Positions 46,083 through 57,257 of a DNA stretch of 64,000 nucleotides are shown piece after piece. Origin of the DNA: Candidatus Hydrogenedentota bacterium (lineage in GTDB: Bacteria > Hydrogenedentota > Hydrogenedentia > Hydrogenedentales > JAEUWI01); contig JAXMOL010000006.1 of assembly GCA_034669905.1 (NCBI GenBank), positions 32,001-96,000 of the forward strand, read 5' to 3'. Under the pieces are notes generated by a model, which was not told the origin of the DNA, made no database searches, and was given only the letters and a program-made list of their open reading frames with translations. A program made the position numbers and the translations under genes. Each line of letters opens with the position of its first letter. Position 1 is the stretch's first letter.

Positions 46083-48719
46083 ATGACCCACCGTCCGACA
46101 CATCGTGAAGCGCAGGCAGAAGCCGAGATTGGCCACACCGTCTTTGGGCGGGGTGTCGCGCTCGGGATGTGTGTGTTTTTTCTTCTGACGCTGGCGATTC
46201 TTCTCGGTGGGGAACTGCTGCATCGCCGCGCCGATGGTGCGCGAGGTGGGGCGTATGTGCTCGATGCCACCCAGGCCGTGCTGCGCAGTGCCGGGCAGCT
46301 TCCTTCCCAGGTCAAATCGGAGGGGCTGTGGGAGGGACTGGGCCACACCAATCGCGCGGTCCATGCTCAGATGGACGCCTTGGAAACGGGCCTCCAGATG
46401 GGTTCTCCATGGCGCTTACCCTTGTTGACGCCCATGAACCAATGGCTGAGTGGGACACTGGGTGCCAGCAACGCCAATGTCTATGTGGGGAAGGAGGATT
46501 GGCTGTTCTATGGCCCGGCCCTGCGGCACGTAGTGGGACCGCCCATTCCGACGCCGTCGAACGATTCCCTGGGAGTGCTCGTCGCGTTTCAGGCGGCCCT
46601 GGCGGAGCGGGGAATCGCGCTCGTGGTGGTGCCCGTTCCGAGCAAAGTCAGTCTTTATCCCGAGTCTTTCCATGGGCGTATCGGGGACGGTGTGGTGCCG
46701 CGAAACCAGGGCTACGGGGCCTGGCTTAAATCCTTGGAAGCGGCCGGGGTGGTGGTCTTCGATCCCACGCCCGCACTGGTAGAAGGCAAGGAAGGGGGGC
46801 CGGTCTATTTGCGTCGCGATAGCCACTGGTCACCCCGGGGTGTGGAGTATTGTGCAGAAGCACTGTCGGAGTTTCTAGACGCCCAATTCGTCTTTTCCGA
46901 CGCAACGCGACGAGCCTATCGGCGGGGCTCCCCATCAACGGTGGCCTATCGGGGTGATCTGGCGGCCATGCTCTATCCCGATCCGGTAGCCGGTGCGTTG
47001 GTAGAGGAATGGCCCATCCTTCCAGTGGAAGATAGCGACGGAAACCCGTGGCAACCCGAGGTGGGTAGCGAGGTGCTGCTGCTCGGCGACAGCTTTACCA
47101 ACATCTACAGCCAGGAGGGGCTGGGCTGGGGGACAGGGGCTGGCCTCGCCGAACAGTTAAGCCTGCACCTGCAACGCCCGGTGGACCGTATTGCCCAGAA
47201 TGATCACGGGGCCTATGCCGCCCGTCATCGCCTGCAGGACGCCGTCTCGAAGGGTGAAGAGCGCCTGGCCGAAACGGGGGTCGTGGTTTATGAATTTGCC
47301 GTTCGCGAGCTTTCGTGGGGAGATTGGAAGCCAAATCGGAACATGGCCCTGGATCGGGAAGGGGCGGCCCCCTTGGAACGGGGCGTGAAGCAGACCGTAA
47401 CGGGCCGTGTGCGCGCCCGTTCGCTTCCCCCGGCACCCCGATCCGTGCCTTACAAGGATTGTCTGATTTCCGTTATCCTGGAGCCCGATTTGCCCGATGG
47501 AGAAGCCATTCTGTTTTACACCCAGGGCATGGTGGATCACCGATGGACCACCGCGACCACCTGGAACGTGGGCGACCTCATCACCGTCCCGCTGACGCCC
47601 TGGACGGACGTATCCAACGCCTTGGAAAGTCTAAACCGTATGGCCGTGGAGGGGGAGGAGGCCTGCGAGGGCGCCCCCTGGTGGTACGGGGATGGGGCGG
47701 TGGATACCCAGGCCGCCCCCGTGATACATACGGGGCCTTTGGAGGTGGGGAAAGACGTGGGAGCGCCCCTGGAGGTCCTGATAGCTCAAAAAGAAGCGGC
47801 CGGTGAAATGGTCATTCCGGGGCAGGAGAATTGGCTGTATTTTGTGCCCGAGCTGCGGAGCCTTTCGGTGGGAGCGTTCTGGGGTGAGTCGGCCCCGACG
47901 GTCAGTCGTGCCCGCAACGCCCAATGGGCCGATCCCCTGGCGGCGATTGTCGATTTTAATCGGCAACTGGCGGCGGCGGGGGTCACCTTGTTGGTCGTGC
48001 CTGTACCGGCGAAGGCGGCAGTCTATCCCGAGTTCCTTGATGGCGAAGCCTTGACCACGACGGTGGAGGAGCAGGCAGGAGCGCAGGGTGCCCACCGGCG
48101 TTTTCTCCAGGTACTTCGCTCGTCTGGGGTGCAGATTGTGGACCTCCAGCCCCTATTCGAGGCGTCCAGGGAAGGCTCGCCCTACTACTGCCAAACGGAC
48201 ACCCACTGGTCGCCGGCCGGCGCGGCCCTTGCTGCCGGCGAGGTGGCGAAGACAATCCGCGCCTTGCCGGGCTTCGTGGCGACGGCCAATGAGGGCTACT
48301 CCGCCAAGACCGAGGAATTAGTTATCCATGGGGACCTCGCCGCCCTCGCGGGGATGACAGATTCTACCGAGACCCTTCCTTTTACCCGGGTGAGCCGTGC
48401 AGAGGGGGGGCAGCTCGTGCCCGTACCCGTCGATCGGAAGAGCCCGGTCTTGCTGATGGGAGACAGCCACAATCTGGTCTTTCACGCGGGTGGTGACATG
48501 CATGCCACGGGGGGTGGGCTTCCAGACCACCTGGCCCTCGAGTTGGGGAGGGCGGTCGACCTGGTGGCGGTGCGTGGCTCGGGGGCCACGACACCCCGTA
48601 TTAATCTCGCTCGGCGGGGCGACCAATTGGCAGGCAAGAACGTGGTAGTATGGTGTTTCGCCGCCCGTGAATTCACCGAGAGTGTGACGGGCTGGCGCGC
48701 GATTCCGGTCATCCCGTAA
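46083..48719 (+). CDS. Tandem AlgJ/AlgX-type SGNH O-acetyltransferase (two catalytic domains plus linker domain)
   Basis: N-terminal TM; GKEDWLF..VPVPSK..RDSHWSP..GDL..LLGDSF, then GQENWLY..VPVPAK..TDTHWSP..GDL..LMGDSH. Confidence 0.88.
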   Translation: MTHRPTHREAQAEAEIGHTVFGRGVALGMCVFFLLTLAILLGGELLHRRADGARGGAYVLDATQAVLRSAGQLPSQVKSEGLWEGLGHTNRAVHAQMDALETGLQMGSPWRLPLLTPMNQWLSGTLGASNANVYVGKEDWLFYGPALRHVVGPPIPTPSNDSLGVLVAFQAALAERGIALVVVPVPSKVSLYPESFHGRIGDGVVPRNQGYGAWLKSLEAAGVVVFDPTPALVEGKEGGPVYLRRDSHWSPRGVEYCAEALSEFLDAQFVFSDATRRAYRRGSPSTVAYRGDLAAMLYPDPVAGALVEEWPILPVEDSDGNPWQPEVGSEVLLLGDSFTNIYSQEGLGWGTGAGLAEQLSLHLQRPVDRIAQNDHGAYAARHRLQDAVSKGEERLAETGVVVYEFAVRELSWGDWKPNRNMALDREGAAPLERGVKQTVTGRVRARSLPPAPRSVPYKDCLISVILEPDLPDGEAILFYTQGMVDHRWTTATTWNVGDLITVPLTPWTDVSNALESLNRMAVEGEEACEGAPWWYGDGAVDTQAAPVIHTGPLEVGKDVGAPLEVLIAQKEAAGEMVIPGQENWLYFVPELRSLSVGAFWGESAPTVSRARNAQWADPLAAIVDFNRQLAAAGVTLLVVPVPAKAAVYPEFLDGEALTTTVEEQAGAQGAHRRFLQVLRSSGVQIVDLQPLFEASREGSPYYCQTDTHWSPAGAALAAGEVAKTIRALPGFVATANEGYSAKTEELVIHGDLAALAGMTDSTETLPFTRVSRAEGGQLVPVPVDRKSPVLLMGDSHNLVFHAGGDMHATGGGLPDHLALELGRAVDLVAVRGSGATTPRINLARRGDQLAGKNVVVWCFAAREFTESVTGWRAIPVIP

Positions 48720-48821
48720 ACGTTTTTGCCCGGAAAACCGTTGATTCTTCACCCTGTGTATCGCTGGACAGGGCGAAGATGCAGACCTTTCCATACCCGC
48801 AACCAATAGGAACTCGACCTG

Positions 48822-49511
48822 GTGTTTTCACGCAAGTTTTTTCGTTGCCGTACGCTCGTTGCCCTGCTGCTGGTTTCCACCGCTGTGCCCTTGCGCGCAC
48901 AGGAAGTGGTTGAATATTCCTATGTCGTGAGTGAAGGTGTTGGGACGGTCTATGTCGCTCCGACCCATGTGCGCTTCTGGTTGCACAAGGTGCTCTCTGA
49001 GGGCGACCTGAAAGCAGGCCTGCGTGCGGTGGAGCCCTTCGACCTGGCCATGCGCGAGTATCTGAACGGTCGGGAGATCCGCCCGTCCAGTCTGGAAGTC
49101 TTCGCCCCTGCGGTGACATCGTTGTCGGAAGGCAAGAGCCAGGTGGCCGTGGAGCTACGCTTCAGTATGGCGGGGATGATTGGGGGCGAGACTGGCCCGG
49201 CCCGCTTTGCCGATCTCTGTGAGCAGATGCGCGCCTTCGGTGAGGCCTTCGAATCCGTTGTTTCTGAGCCCGAACTGGTCGTGGCTGAAAAAGAGACCGC
49301 CATTCGGGACGCGGTGGAAGAAGCCACCAAGCAAGCCTTTACCGCGGCTTCGGGGGCTGCAAGCGCGTTGGGTGGCAGTATCCGTTCTGTGGAGCAGGTA
49401 AAGGTGGATGGCATTGACTGGAATGCCCCACCGGACACCCAGGCCGACTATCCCAATACCGAAGTGATTGCCTGCACGGCCCGGGTTACGGTGACCTACA
49501 TCATTCAGTAG
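48822..49511 (+). CDS. SIMPL (DUF541)-like periplasmic protein
   Basis: Signal peptide; VSEGVGTVYVAP, AVEEATKQA..AASALG, C-terminal ARVTVTY. Confidence 0.68.
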   Translation: MFSRKFFRCRTLVALLLVSTAVPLRAQEVVEYSYVVSEGVGTVYVAPTHVRFWLHKVLSEGDLKAGLRAVEPFDLAMREYLNGREIRPSSLEVFAPAVTSLSEGKSQVAVELRFSMAGMIGGETGPARFADLCEQMRAFGEAFESVVSEPELVVAEKETAIRDAVEEATKQAFTAASGAASALGGSIRSVEQVKVDGIDWNAPPDTQADYPNTEVIACTARVTVTYIIQ

Positions 49512-49517
49512 CGAGGG

Positions 49518-50237
49518 CTAATTTCCCAGATTCAGCAGGCCATTGTCCCGTTTGATATACAGGCGAAATCCCCGCTCCGGATCGTAGTCGAGGGTGCCCT
49601 GATGAAGTTCGGCGATCTTACGGGCACTATAGAGCCCCAGTCCCATATGTTGATCGTCGGGCCAGGACGTTTGAAAGGGCTCAAAGGCCTTTTCCGCCAG
49701 TTCGGGTGACAATCCAGGACCGGAATCCCAGATGTCAAAGTAGATGCCCCCGTCTGTGTTTCCCACCGAGACCTTGATTTCCTTGGCTTCGGCAGCTTCC
49801 AGGGCCTGTTGGGCATTGATAAGCAGAAAGAGCAGAGCGAGCTTCAGTTTGGCCAGATCCGCCGGAATGGCGGCCACATCGCTCTGGTAGCTTTTTTCGA
49901 CGGCAATGCGCTGAATCTTCAGTTCGTAATCGCGCAGTACCAGGGCGTCATCCATTAGCTGCTCGGGTGAGGTCAGATTAATGTCCATCCGGTCTTTGCG
50001 GGATATGGACGTCAGCGAAGATACCAGGGCGCTGCACTTGGTGATGCCCTCGATGACGTTGTTCAGCATCTTGACGGAGTCTGGACTGATACCTTCGTCG
50101 TAGGACACGAGCTCCGCATAGGCCATGGCGGCCCCAAGCAGATTGTTGATGTCGTGGGCAATTCCACTGACGCACCCGCCCACCTGTGCGTGCCGGTGCA
50201 ACTGCAGCAGGCGCTTGCGCCCCTCCTCCGAATTCAT
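49518..50237 (-). CDS. Sensor-less histidine kinase (HisKA + HATPase)
   Basis: SGIAHDINNLL, LLINAQQA, DSGPGL, FEPFQTS, MGLGL; start at 50237 or GTG 50264. Confidence 0.83.
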   Translation of the reverse strand: MNSEEGRKRLLQLHRHAQVGGCVSGIAHDINNLLGAAMAYAELVSYDEGISPDSVKMLNNVIEGITKCSALVSSLTSISRKDRMDINLTSPEQLMDDALVLRDYELKIQRIAVEKSYQSDVAAIPADLAKLKLALLFLLINAQQALEAAEAKEIKVSVGNTDGGIYFDIWDSGPGLSPELAEKAFEPFQTSWPDDQHMGLGLYSARKIAELHQGTLDYDPERGFRLYIKRDNGLLNLGN

Positions 50238-50365
50238 ATCGTAGACTTCCAAGGCCGATGCCACCTTTCCCGATCTTTTAATACCCGATAATTTTGCCAA
50301 CGTGATCTTGGCATAATACCCGGCTATTCGCAAGAAAATGCGATATTTGATTCCGAACATACGAA

Positions 50366-50395
50366 ATGCCGGGCCCGTTCTTCCGGGCCCGGCAT
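50366..50395 (-). terminator. Hairpin after icd, probable terminator
   Basis: ATGCCGGGCCCG-ttcttc-CGGGCCCGGCAT 12-bp stem; short T-run. Confidence 0.6.
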
Positions 50396-50448
50396 GATTG
50401 CGTTGTCATTGCGACAGCGAGTGCTGTGCGAGGGTACCCCGGGTTGGC

Positions 50449-51705
<1,257 letters not shown>

Positions 51706-51748
51706 GATTTCTCCTGGTTTCGTTGTAAGTTCCGTCCTGTGGGGGGGG

Positions 51749-53338
51749 CTAGTTGGCGCTTCCCGGCAGGGAGACCAGGCTCGCGCCGGTCACATGCGGG
51801 ATGCCCCGTACTGCGTCTAATACCGCGTCTGAAACCGCTTCATCGAGATTGAGCACCGTCAATGCGCGCCCTCCCCGACTTGCACGGCCCAGGGACAAGT
51901 TGGCAATATTAATGCCCGCTTCTCCGAGGGTAAGACACACCCGACCAATTATCTGGGGGACATCGTCGTTGATGCAGACCACCATATGCCCTTCGGGCTT
52001 GGCATCCACACGCATTCCGTCGATACTGCATATGCGGGGGTCGTTCCCATCAAAGAGCGTCCCCTTAACCGTGTGGGAGCCTTCGCTGGTGACCACCGTA
52101 ACACCAATTTCAAAGGCATAGTCGGAGGCCGCAGGACTGCGTTTTTCGGTGCAGGCGATTCCGTGCTCTTTGAGTTGATGGGGAGCGCTGATGGTGTTTA
52201 CATCTTCGACCGTCGGACGGAGAAAGCCCGCCAGGATGGCCGAAGTGATGGGGTACACATCGGTGATGCCCAATTCGCCACTGTATTCAATTTCCAGGGC
52301 CGTCGGGCGACTGCTGTAGGTGGCCTGAAACTGACCCAGGCGCTCGGCGAGGCTGAGCAGGGGCGCGAGGCTCGCGCGGGTCTCGGCATCCAGACTCGGC
52401 ACGTTGACCGCATTCACGATTGCGCCGGTCTTCAGGTAGTCCACCATCTGCTCGGCCACCTCGACCGCCACGGTGAGTTGGGCTTCATCGGTCGATGCGG
52501 CGAGATGGGGGGTCAGGACAATATTGTCCAGCCCGATAAAGGGGTTGTTTTCAAAGGGCTCTGACGTATAGACGTCGAGGGCGGCCCCGGCGATCTTTCC
52601 GGCCTTGAGGGCATCGGCGAGGTCCTGCTCATTGACAAGACCACCCCGTGCCGCATTGACGATGCGGCAGGTGGGCTTCATTCTGGCGATGCGCTCGGCA
52701 TTAATGATGTTGTTGGTTTTTTCCGTCATGGGGGCGTGCAGCGTAATGAAATCGGCCCGCTCCACCAATTCGTCGATGCTAACCAGCTCAACGCCCAATG
52801 CGTCGGCTTTCAGTTGGGTCATGATGGGATCGAAGGCGATTACCTTCATTTCGAAGGCCTGCGCCCGCCGCGCCACTTCGCCGCCAATGCGACCCAGCCC
52901 GACGATACCGATAGTCTTGCCGCAGACTTCCGTACCCATGAATTTCTTGCGGTCCCAACGGCCTTCCTGCATGGATTGATTGGCCAGCGGGACGTTGCGG
53001 CAGAGGGAGAAGAGGAGGGCAAAGGTGTGTTCACAGGTGGAGATGGTGTTGCCACCCGGCGTATTCATGACCACGATGCCCTTTTTCGTGGCGGCCTCTT
53101 TGTCGATGTTGTCCGTGCCGACGCCGGCGCGGCCAATGACTTTGAGCTTGTTTGCTTTTGCGAGGGCTTCGGCAGTGACCTTGGTGCCACTACGGACGAC
53201 CAGGCCGTCGTAGTCGCCAATGATGGCTGCCAATTCTGCAGGGGATTGCGGGGGCTTTACATCCACCTCTAAACCCTGCTCACGAAAGACGTTGACGCCT
53301 TCGTCACTCAGACCATCAAGAACCAGAACACGGGCCAT
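51749..53338 (-). CDS. serA: D-3-phosphoglycerate dehydrogenase (long form with ASB and ACT domains)
   Basis: [39 protein letters not shown] domain. Confidence 0.96.
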   Translation of the reverse strand: MARVLVLDGLSDEGVNVFREQGLEVDVKPPQSPAELAAIIGDYDGLVVRSGTKVTAEALAKANKLKVIGRAGVGTDNIDKEAATKKGIVVMNTPGGNTISTCEHTFALLFSLCRNVPLANQSMQEGRWDRKKFMGTEVCGKTIGIVGLGRIGGEVARRAQAFEMKVIAFDPIMTQLKADALGVELVSIDELVERADFITLHAPMTEKTNNIINAERIARMKPTCRIVNAARGGLVNEQDLADALKAGKIAGAALDVYTSEPFENNPFIGLDNIVLTPHLAASTDEAQLTVAVEVAEQMVDYLKTGAIVNAVNVPSLDAETRASLAPLLSLAERLGQFQATYSSRPTALEIEYSGELGITDVYPITSAILAGFLRPTVEDVNTISAPHQLKEHGIACTEKRSPAASDYAFEIGVTVVTSEGSHTVKGTLFDGNDPRICSIDGMRVDAKPEGHMVVCINDDVPQIIGRVCLTLGEAGINIANLSLGRASRGGRALTVLNLDEAVSDAVLDAVRGIPHVTGASLVSLPGSAN

Positions 53339-53911
53339 TCAACCAAGTCTCCAAAGCAAGTTTGTCTCTGTGTGACCAGGCGATTGCTCCGCAGGGCGCG
53401 CCTGACCAATACAAAGTACGTAATATTTCGTCAACTACCGACATGCGTTGCGCAGGAAGGGGATGCAGGTCACTTAAGCACATAACACCTGCGACGCATG
53501 AGACGCCTGTCTTTGCTTATGTGATGGGGCACAAACAGACCTTCCACGTGCAGCCTTGCGGCGGAATTGGTCCCTTGTCGCGTCTCCAGGAGAGACGTCA
53601 CCACATAACCCATTGCAAAGGGGTCGTTCCATGGGAAGCGCAAGACTAGCAAAAAGTGGGTTAAAATGTCAAATGATATCCGAAGATACGAAGGGCTCAT
53701 GGAAGGGATCCTAAACCTGCAACCATATTGCCACGAACAGGTTGTGAAGACGGCCCGTCACGAAAGCGTGGGCGGGTGTGCGCCACGGCACGGCGGGCTC
53801 CGGTGGGCGAGAAAGTGGGCCCGCGTGCGCGATTTGCCCCGGGGGCGACGCACCGGTTTGTGGAAGCAGGGTTCACGATATCGTCGGGTGCTATCGTCGC
53901 AGTGCACCACG

Positions 53912-53954
53912 TTGACACAGCGGAGGCTAAGATGTATATTCAATACATCTTAGC
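53912..53954 (+). promoter_or_regulatory. nap promoter TTGACA-17-TATATT overlapped by an NsrR-type (Rrf2) operator
   Basis: -35 at 53912-53917, -10 at 53935-53940; perfect palindrome GCTAAGATGTAT-attca-ATACATCTTAGC at 53926-53954, containing GATGYAT-N5-ATRCATC. Confidence 0.82.
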
Positions 53955-53979
53955 GTGCCGCTATCTAAGGAGCCAGCCA

Positions 53980-54231
53980 ATGCCCATTTCCAGTCTTGTC
54001 GTGCATACGGGGGAGGAGTACACTTCTAAGGTGCGCGATCAACTCAACGGGCACCCCGTAATCGAGGTGGTTCATGTTTCGGGGGGGGCCATTGCTATCG
54101 TTACGGAGACGCCCGATGATTCGGTCGATAAGCTCTTGTGGAAACAGATAGAGGAAATTCCGGGGGTGAGCCACCTGGAATTGGTCTACCATAATTTTGA
54201 AGATGGGAAGGAATACATCGATGCCCACTAG
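53980..54231 (+). CDS. napD: NapD chaperone
   Basis: MPISSLVV..IAIVTE..IEEIPGV..LVYH; AAGGAG RBS; directly upstream of napA. Confidence 0.9.
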   Translation: MPISSLVVHTGEEYTSKVRDQLNGHPVIEVVHVSGGAIAIVTETPDDSVDKLLWKQIEEIPGVSHLELVYHNFEDGKEYIDAH

Positions 54232-56581
54232 TCGCAGAGAGTTTATTCGCCGTTCTGCCCAGCTTGCGGCCCTTGCTGCGCTGGGGGTTCCCCTGCCTGA
54301 AGGGGCATCGGCCGCCGTCAATCTGCCAGACGGACTGCATTGGCAGAAGGCTCCTTGCCGTTTTTGCGGCACGGGCTGTGGCGTGATGGTGGGGGTGCAG
54401 GGTGGTCGGGTCGTGGCGGTACAGGGCGATCCGGACAACGGAGTCAACAAGGGCCTTCTTTGCGCCAAAGGCTACCATGCCGGCGGGATTCTCTATGGCA
54501 AGGACCGGCTGACCCATCCGCTTATCCGGAAGAACGGGGTCTACGAGAAGGCCAGTTGGGATGAGGCCATCGAGCTCATTGCCGATTCGATCATGGCGGA
54601 TCCGGACCGCTTCAGCATTTATGGGTCGGGGCAATGGACCGTGCCCGAAGGCTATCAGAATTCCAAGTTTATCAAGGCGGGGCTGAGCAACAACCATCTG
54701 GAGCCCAATGCACGGTTGTGTATGGCGAGTGCGGCCGTCGGCCTCATCAGCACCTTCGGCGTGGATGAGCCGTCGGGCTGCTACGAGGATCTGGATGAAT
54801 GCGACACGGTCATTACCTGGGGGAACAACTGGGCAGAAATGCACCCCGTGCTTTTCTCGCGATTCATGGACCGGAAAAAAGCCCTGCCCAAGTTTCAGTC
54901 CGCCCGGATGACTTATATTGACATGGCCACCCGCAAGACCCGTTCGACCCAATCGGCCGATATCTACATGGAGTTTGTGCCTCAGACGGATATGGTGATC
55001 GCGAATTGTATCTGCTATCAGCTGCTGAAGAACGACACCTACGACAAGGACTTCGTGGCGAAACACACCCGATTCCAGGCAGACGACGGTTCGGAAATGG
55101 ACCTGGAGGCCTTTCGCACCTTTCTCGAAGACTACACGCTCGAGAAGGCGTCGGCCCTGTCGGGGGTTTCGATCGGTCATCTGAAGATGCTGGGCGACCT
55201 GTTTGGCGACCCCAAGCGTAAGGTCGTTTCGCTCTGGTGTATGGGGCTGAACCAGCATACCCGTGGTACGGCCGTGAACAACCTGGTCTACAACGTGCAC
55301 CTGCTCGCGGGTAAGATCGGCAAACCGGGTTCGACACCCTTCTCCTTGACGGGGCAGCCCAGTGCCTGTGGGACAGCCCGGGAAGTGGGTACCTTTGCCC
55401 ATGCCCTGCCCTCGGGGCGGCTCGTGGCCAACGAAGAACACCGCAAGGAGTGCGAGGACCTTTGGAACGCCGTGCCCGGTGCCATCAACCCCAAGCCGGG
55501 TTTCCATACGGTACAGATGTTTGAAGCCCTGGCGGCGGGCGAACTGACGGGGATGTGGGTCCAGGTGACCAATCCGGGTCAGAGTATGCCCCACCTGCAC
55601 AAGAACCTCGCCAATGCGGAAGACCGCTTTCTGGTGGTGTCCGATGTCTATCCCACCGCCACCACCCGTCTGGCCAAGGTCGTCTTGCCGTCGGCGCTCT
55701 GGGTGGAGAAGAATGGGGTGTTCGGCAACTCGGAACGACGTACCCAGCAGTGGTTTAAGGCCGTGGACCCGCCCGGGGAAGCGCGGGACGACGTGTGGCA
55801 GGTTTTGGCGGTGGCTCACCGCATGTATGAAAAGGGTTTCAAGGGCCTTCGTGACCGGGATGGGAACTTCTTGCTCGCCATCCGCGACGAAAATGGCCAG
55901 GAAATTGAAGCGTGGAAATGGGAAGTTTTCAACACGGTCAACGTGGACCGCATCCTCTACAACGAGTATCGGGCGCTTACGACTAAGAAACATAAGGACC
56001 TGGCGCCCTACGATGTACTGGCGGAGCACCATGGATTGCGTTGGCCGGTGGTTCAGGACGATGCCGGTATCTGGCGCGAAACAACCCGCCGCTTTGTGGA
56101 GGGAGAAGATCCTTATGTGGAAAAGGGAAAGGGCATCCAGTTCTATGGCGCCAAGGCAGGGGATGACCGGGCCATTATCTGGGCCCGGCCCTACGTGGCG
56201 CCGCCAGAGGTGCCTGACGCGGAGTATCCATTGTGGTTGTGCACGGGCCGCGTCCTGGAACATTGGCATACCGGTACCATGACCCAGCGCGTCAAAGAAC
56301 TGCATAACGCCATGCCCCGGGCCTACGTGGAGTTCCACCCCATGGATGCCAACGAACTCGGGATTCAGGATGGCGATACGATTCGGGTCCAATCCCGGCG
56401 GGGCTCCATGGTACTCCCGGCGTGGGTGCGGGGTCGGGGGATGCCGGCCCGTGGTGCTGTATTTGTGCCCTTCTTCGACGAGAACAAACTGATTAACGAA
56501 GTAACGCTCGATGCTTTTTGTCCCCAATCGAAACAGCCCGACTACAAGAAATGTGCCGTAAGGGTGGAGAAAGTGGGATGA
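54221..56581 (+). CDS. napA: Periplasmic nitrate reductase catalytic subunit
   Basis: Tat SRREFI; CRFCGTGC..C; GSGQW; NARLCMASA; SLTGQPSACGTAREVG; TGRVLEHWHTGTMT; PDYKKCAV. Confidence 0.96.
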   Translation: MPTSRREFIRRSAQLAALAALGVPLPEGASAAVNLPDGLHWQKAPCRFCGTGCGVMVGVQGGRVVAVQGDPDNGVNKGLLCAKGYHAGGILYGKDRLTHPLIRKNGVYEKASWDEAIELIADSIMADPDRFSIYGSGQWTVPEGYQNSKFIKAGLSNNHLEPNARLCMASAAVGLISTFGVDEPSGCYEDLDECDTVITWGNNWAEMHPVLFSRFMDRKKALPKFQSARMTYIDMATRKTRSTQSADIYMEFVPQTDMVIANCICYQLLKNDTYDKDFVAKHTRFQADDGSEMDLEAFRTFLEDYTLEKASALSGVSIGHLKMLGDLFGDPKRKVVSLWCMGLNQHTRGTAVNNLVYNVHLLAGKIGKPGSTPFSLTGQPSACGTAREVGTFAHALPSGRLVANEEHRKECEDLWNAVPGAINPKPGFHTVQMFEALAAGELTGMWVQVTNPGQSMPHLHKNLANAEDRFLVVSDVYPTATTRLAKVVLPSALWVEKNGVFGNSERRTQQWFKAVDPPGEARDDVWQVLAVAHRMYEKGFKGLRDRDGNFLLAIRDENGQEIEAWKWEVFNTVNVDRILYNEYRALTTKKHKDLAPYDVLAEHHGLRWPVVQDDAGIWRETTRRFVEGEDPYVEKGKGIQFYGAKAGDDRAIIWARPYVAPPEVPDAEYPLWLCTGRVLEHWHTGTMTQRVKELHNAMPRAYVEFHPMDANELGIQDGDTIRVQSRRGSMVLPAWVRGRGMPARGAVFVPFFDENKLINEVTLDAFCPQSKQPDYKKCAVRVEKVG

Positions 56582-57195
56582 GATACCTCGCCGTTATTCC
56601 GGTTCTTTGCGCAGGCGCTATCAGCTTTTGCCTTACCGTCTTCCAGGTGGACGCGGAAACCGCCGTTCCTGCCGCTGCCTCGCCCTCCGCACCAGCGGCG
56701 GTGGGCGTAGACCCGGCCGTCGCGGAAGAGCGTGTTGCACGGACATCTCGCCGGGCCTTTTACACCGCCCCGCCCGTCATACCCCATGAGCTCTTTCCCG
56801 CGTCTGCGGGCGATTGTCTTACCTGTCACCGGGAAGAGGGGATCTACTTTGGCAAGGTGAGCAGTAAGACGCCCCACCCCGAGCTGGTCAATTGTAATCA
56901 GTGCCACCTGCCCTCACGGCCCGCCTTTGCCGAAGTCGAAGCGGCGCCGGCCCCGACCACCTGGAAAGGGCTGGAGAGTCCCACCGACGGGACCCGTGCC
57001 CACGTGGTAGCCCCGCCCACGATGCCCCACCGGAAGTTACTCCGGGAGAACTGCCAGAGTTGTCACAGTGCGCAAAGCCCCTTTGCCTCCATGCGGGGCC
57101 CCCATCCAGAGCGAAGTAGTTGCACCCAGTGCCATGTGGCCGTATCGGAATACGAGTTTCGCATTGACCACAGTGCCCTGTTGCCGACCCGTTGA
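56578..57195 (+). CDS. napB: NapB-like cytochrome c, tetraheme (internally duplicated)
   Basis: ATGA overlap with napA; APPVIPH..CLTCH..PHP..CNQCH and APPTMPH..CQSCH..PHP..CTQCH. Confidence 0.82.
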   Translation: MRYLAVIPVLCAGAISFCLTVFQVDAETAVPAAASPSAPAAVGVDPAVAEERVARTSRRAFYTAPPVIPHELFPASAGDCLTCHREEGIYFGKVSSKTPHPELVNCNQCHLPSRPAFAEVEAAPAPTTWKGLESPTDGTRAHVVAPPTMPHRKLLRENCQSCHSAQSPFASMRGPHPERSSCTQCHVAVSEYEFRIDHSALLPTR

Positions 57196-57257
57196 CCGGG
57201 CTTGCTGTTCCCGTCGTAGCTCCCTTATGCTCTGAAGTATGAGAAGGAGCGTGCGGC

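Noticed and set aside
53470..53953. Small ORFs in the serA-napD intergenic region
   Set aside because: No RBS, family motif or coding-like composition.
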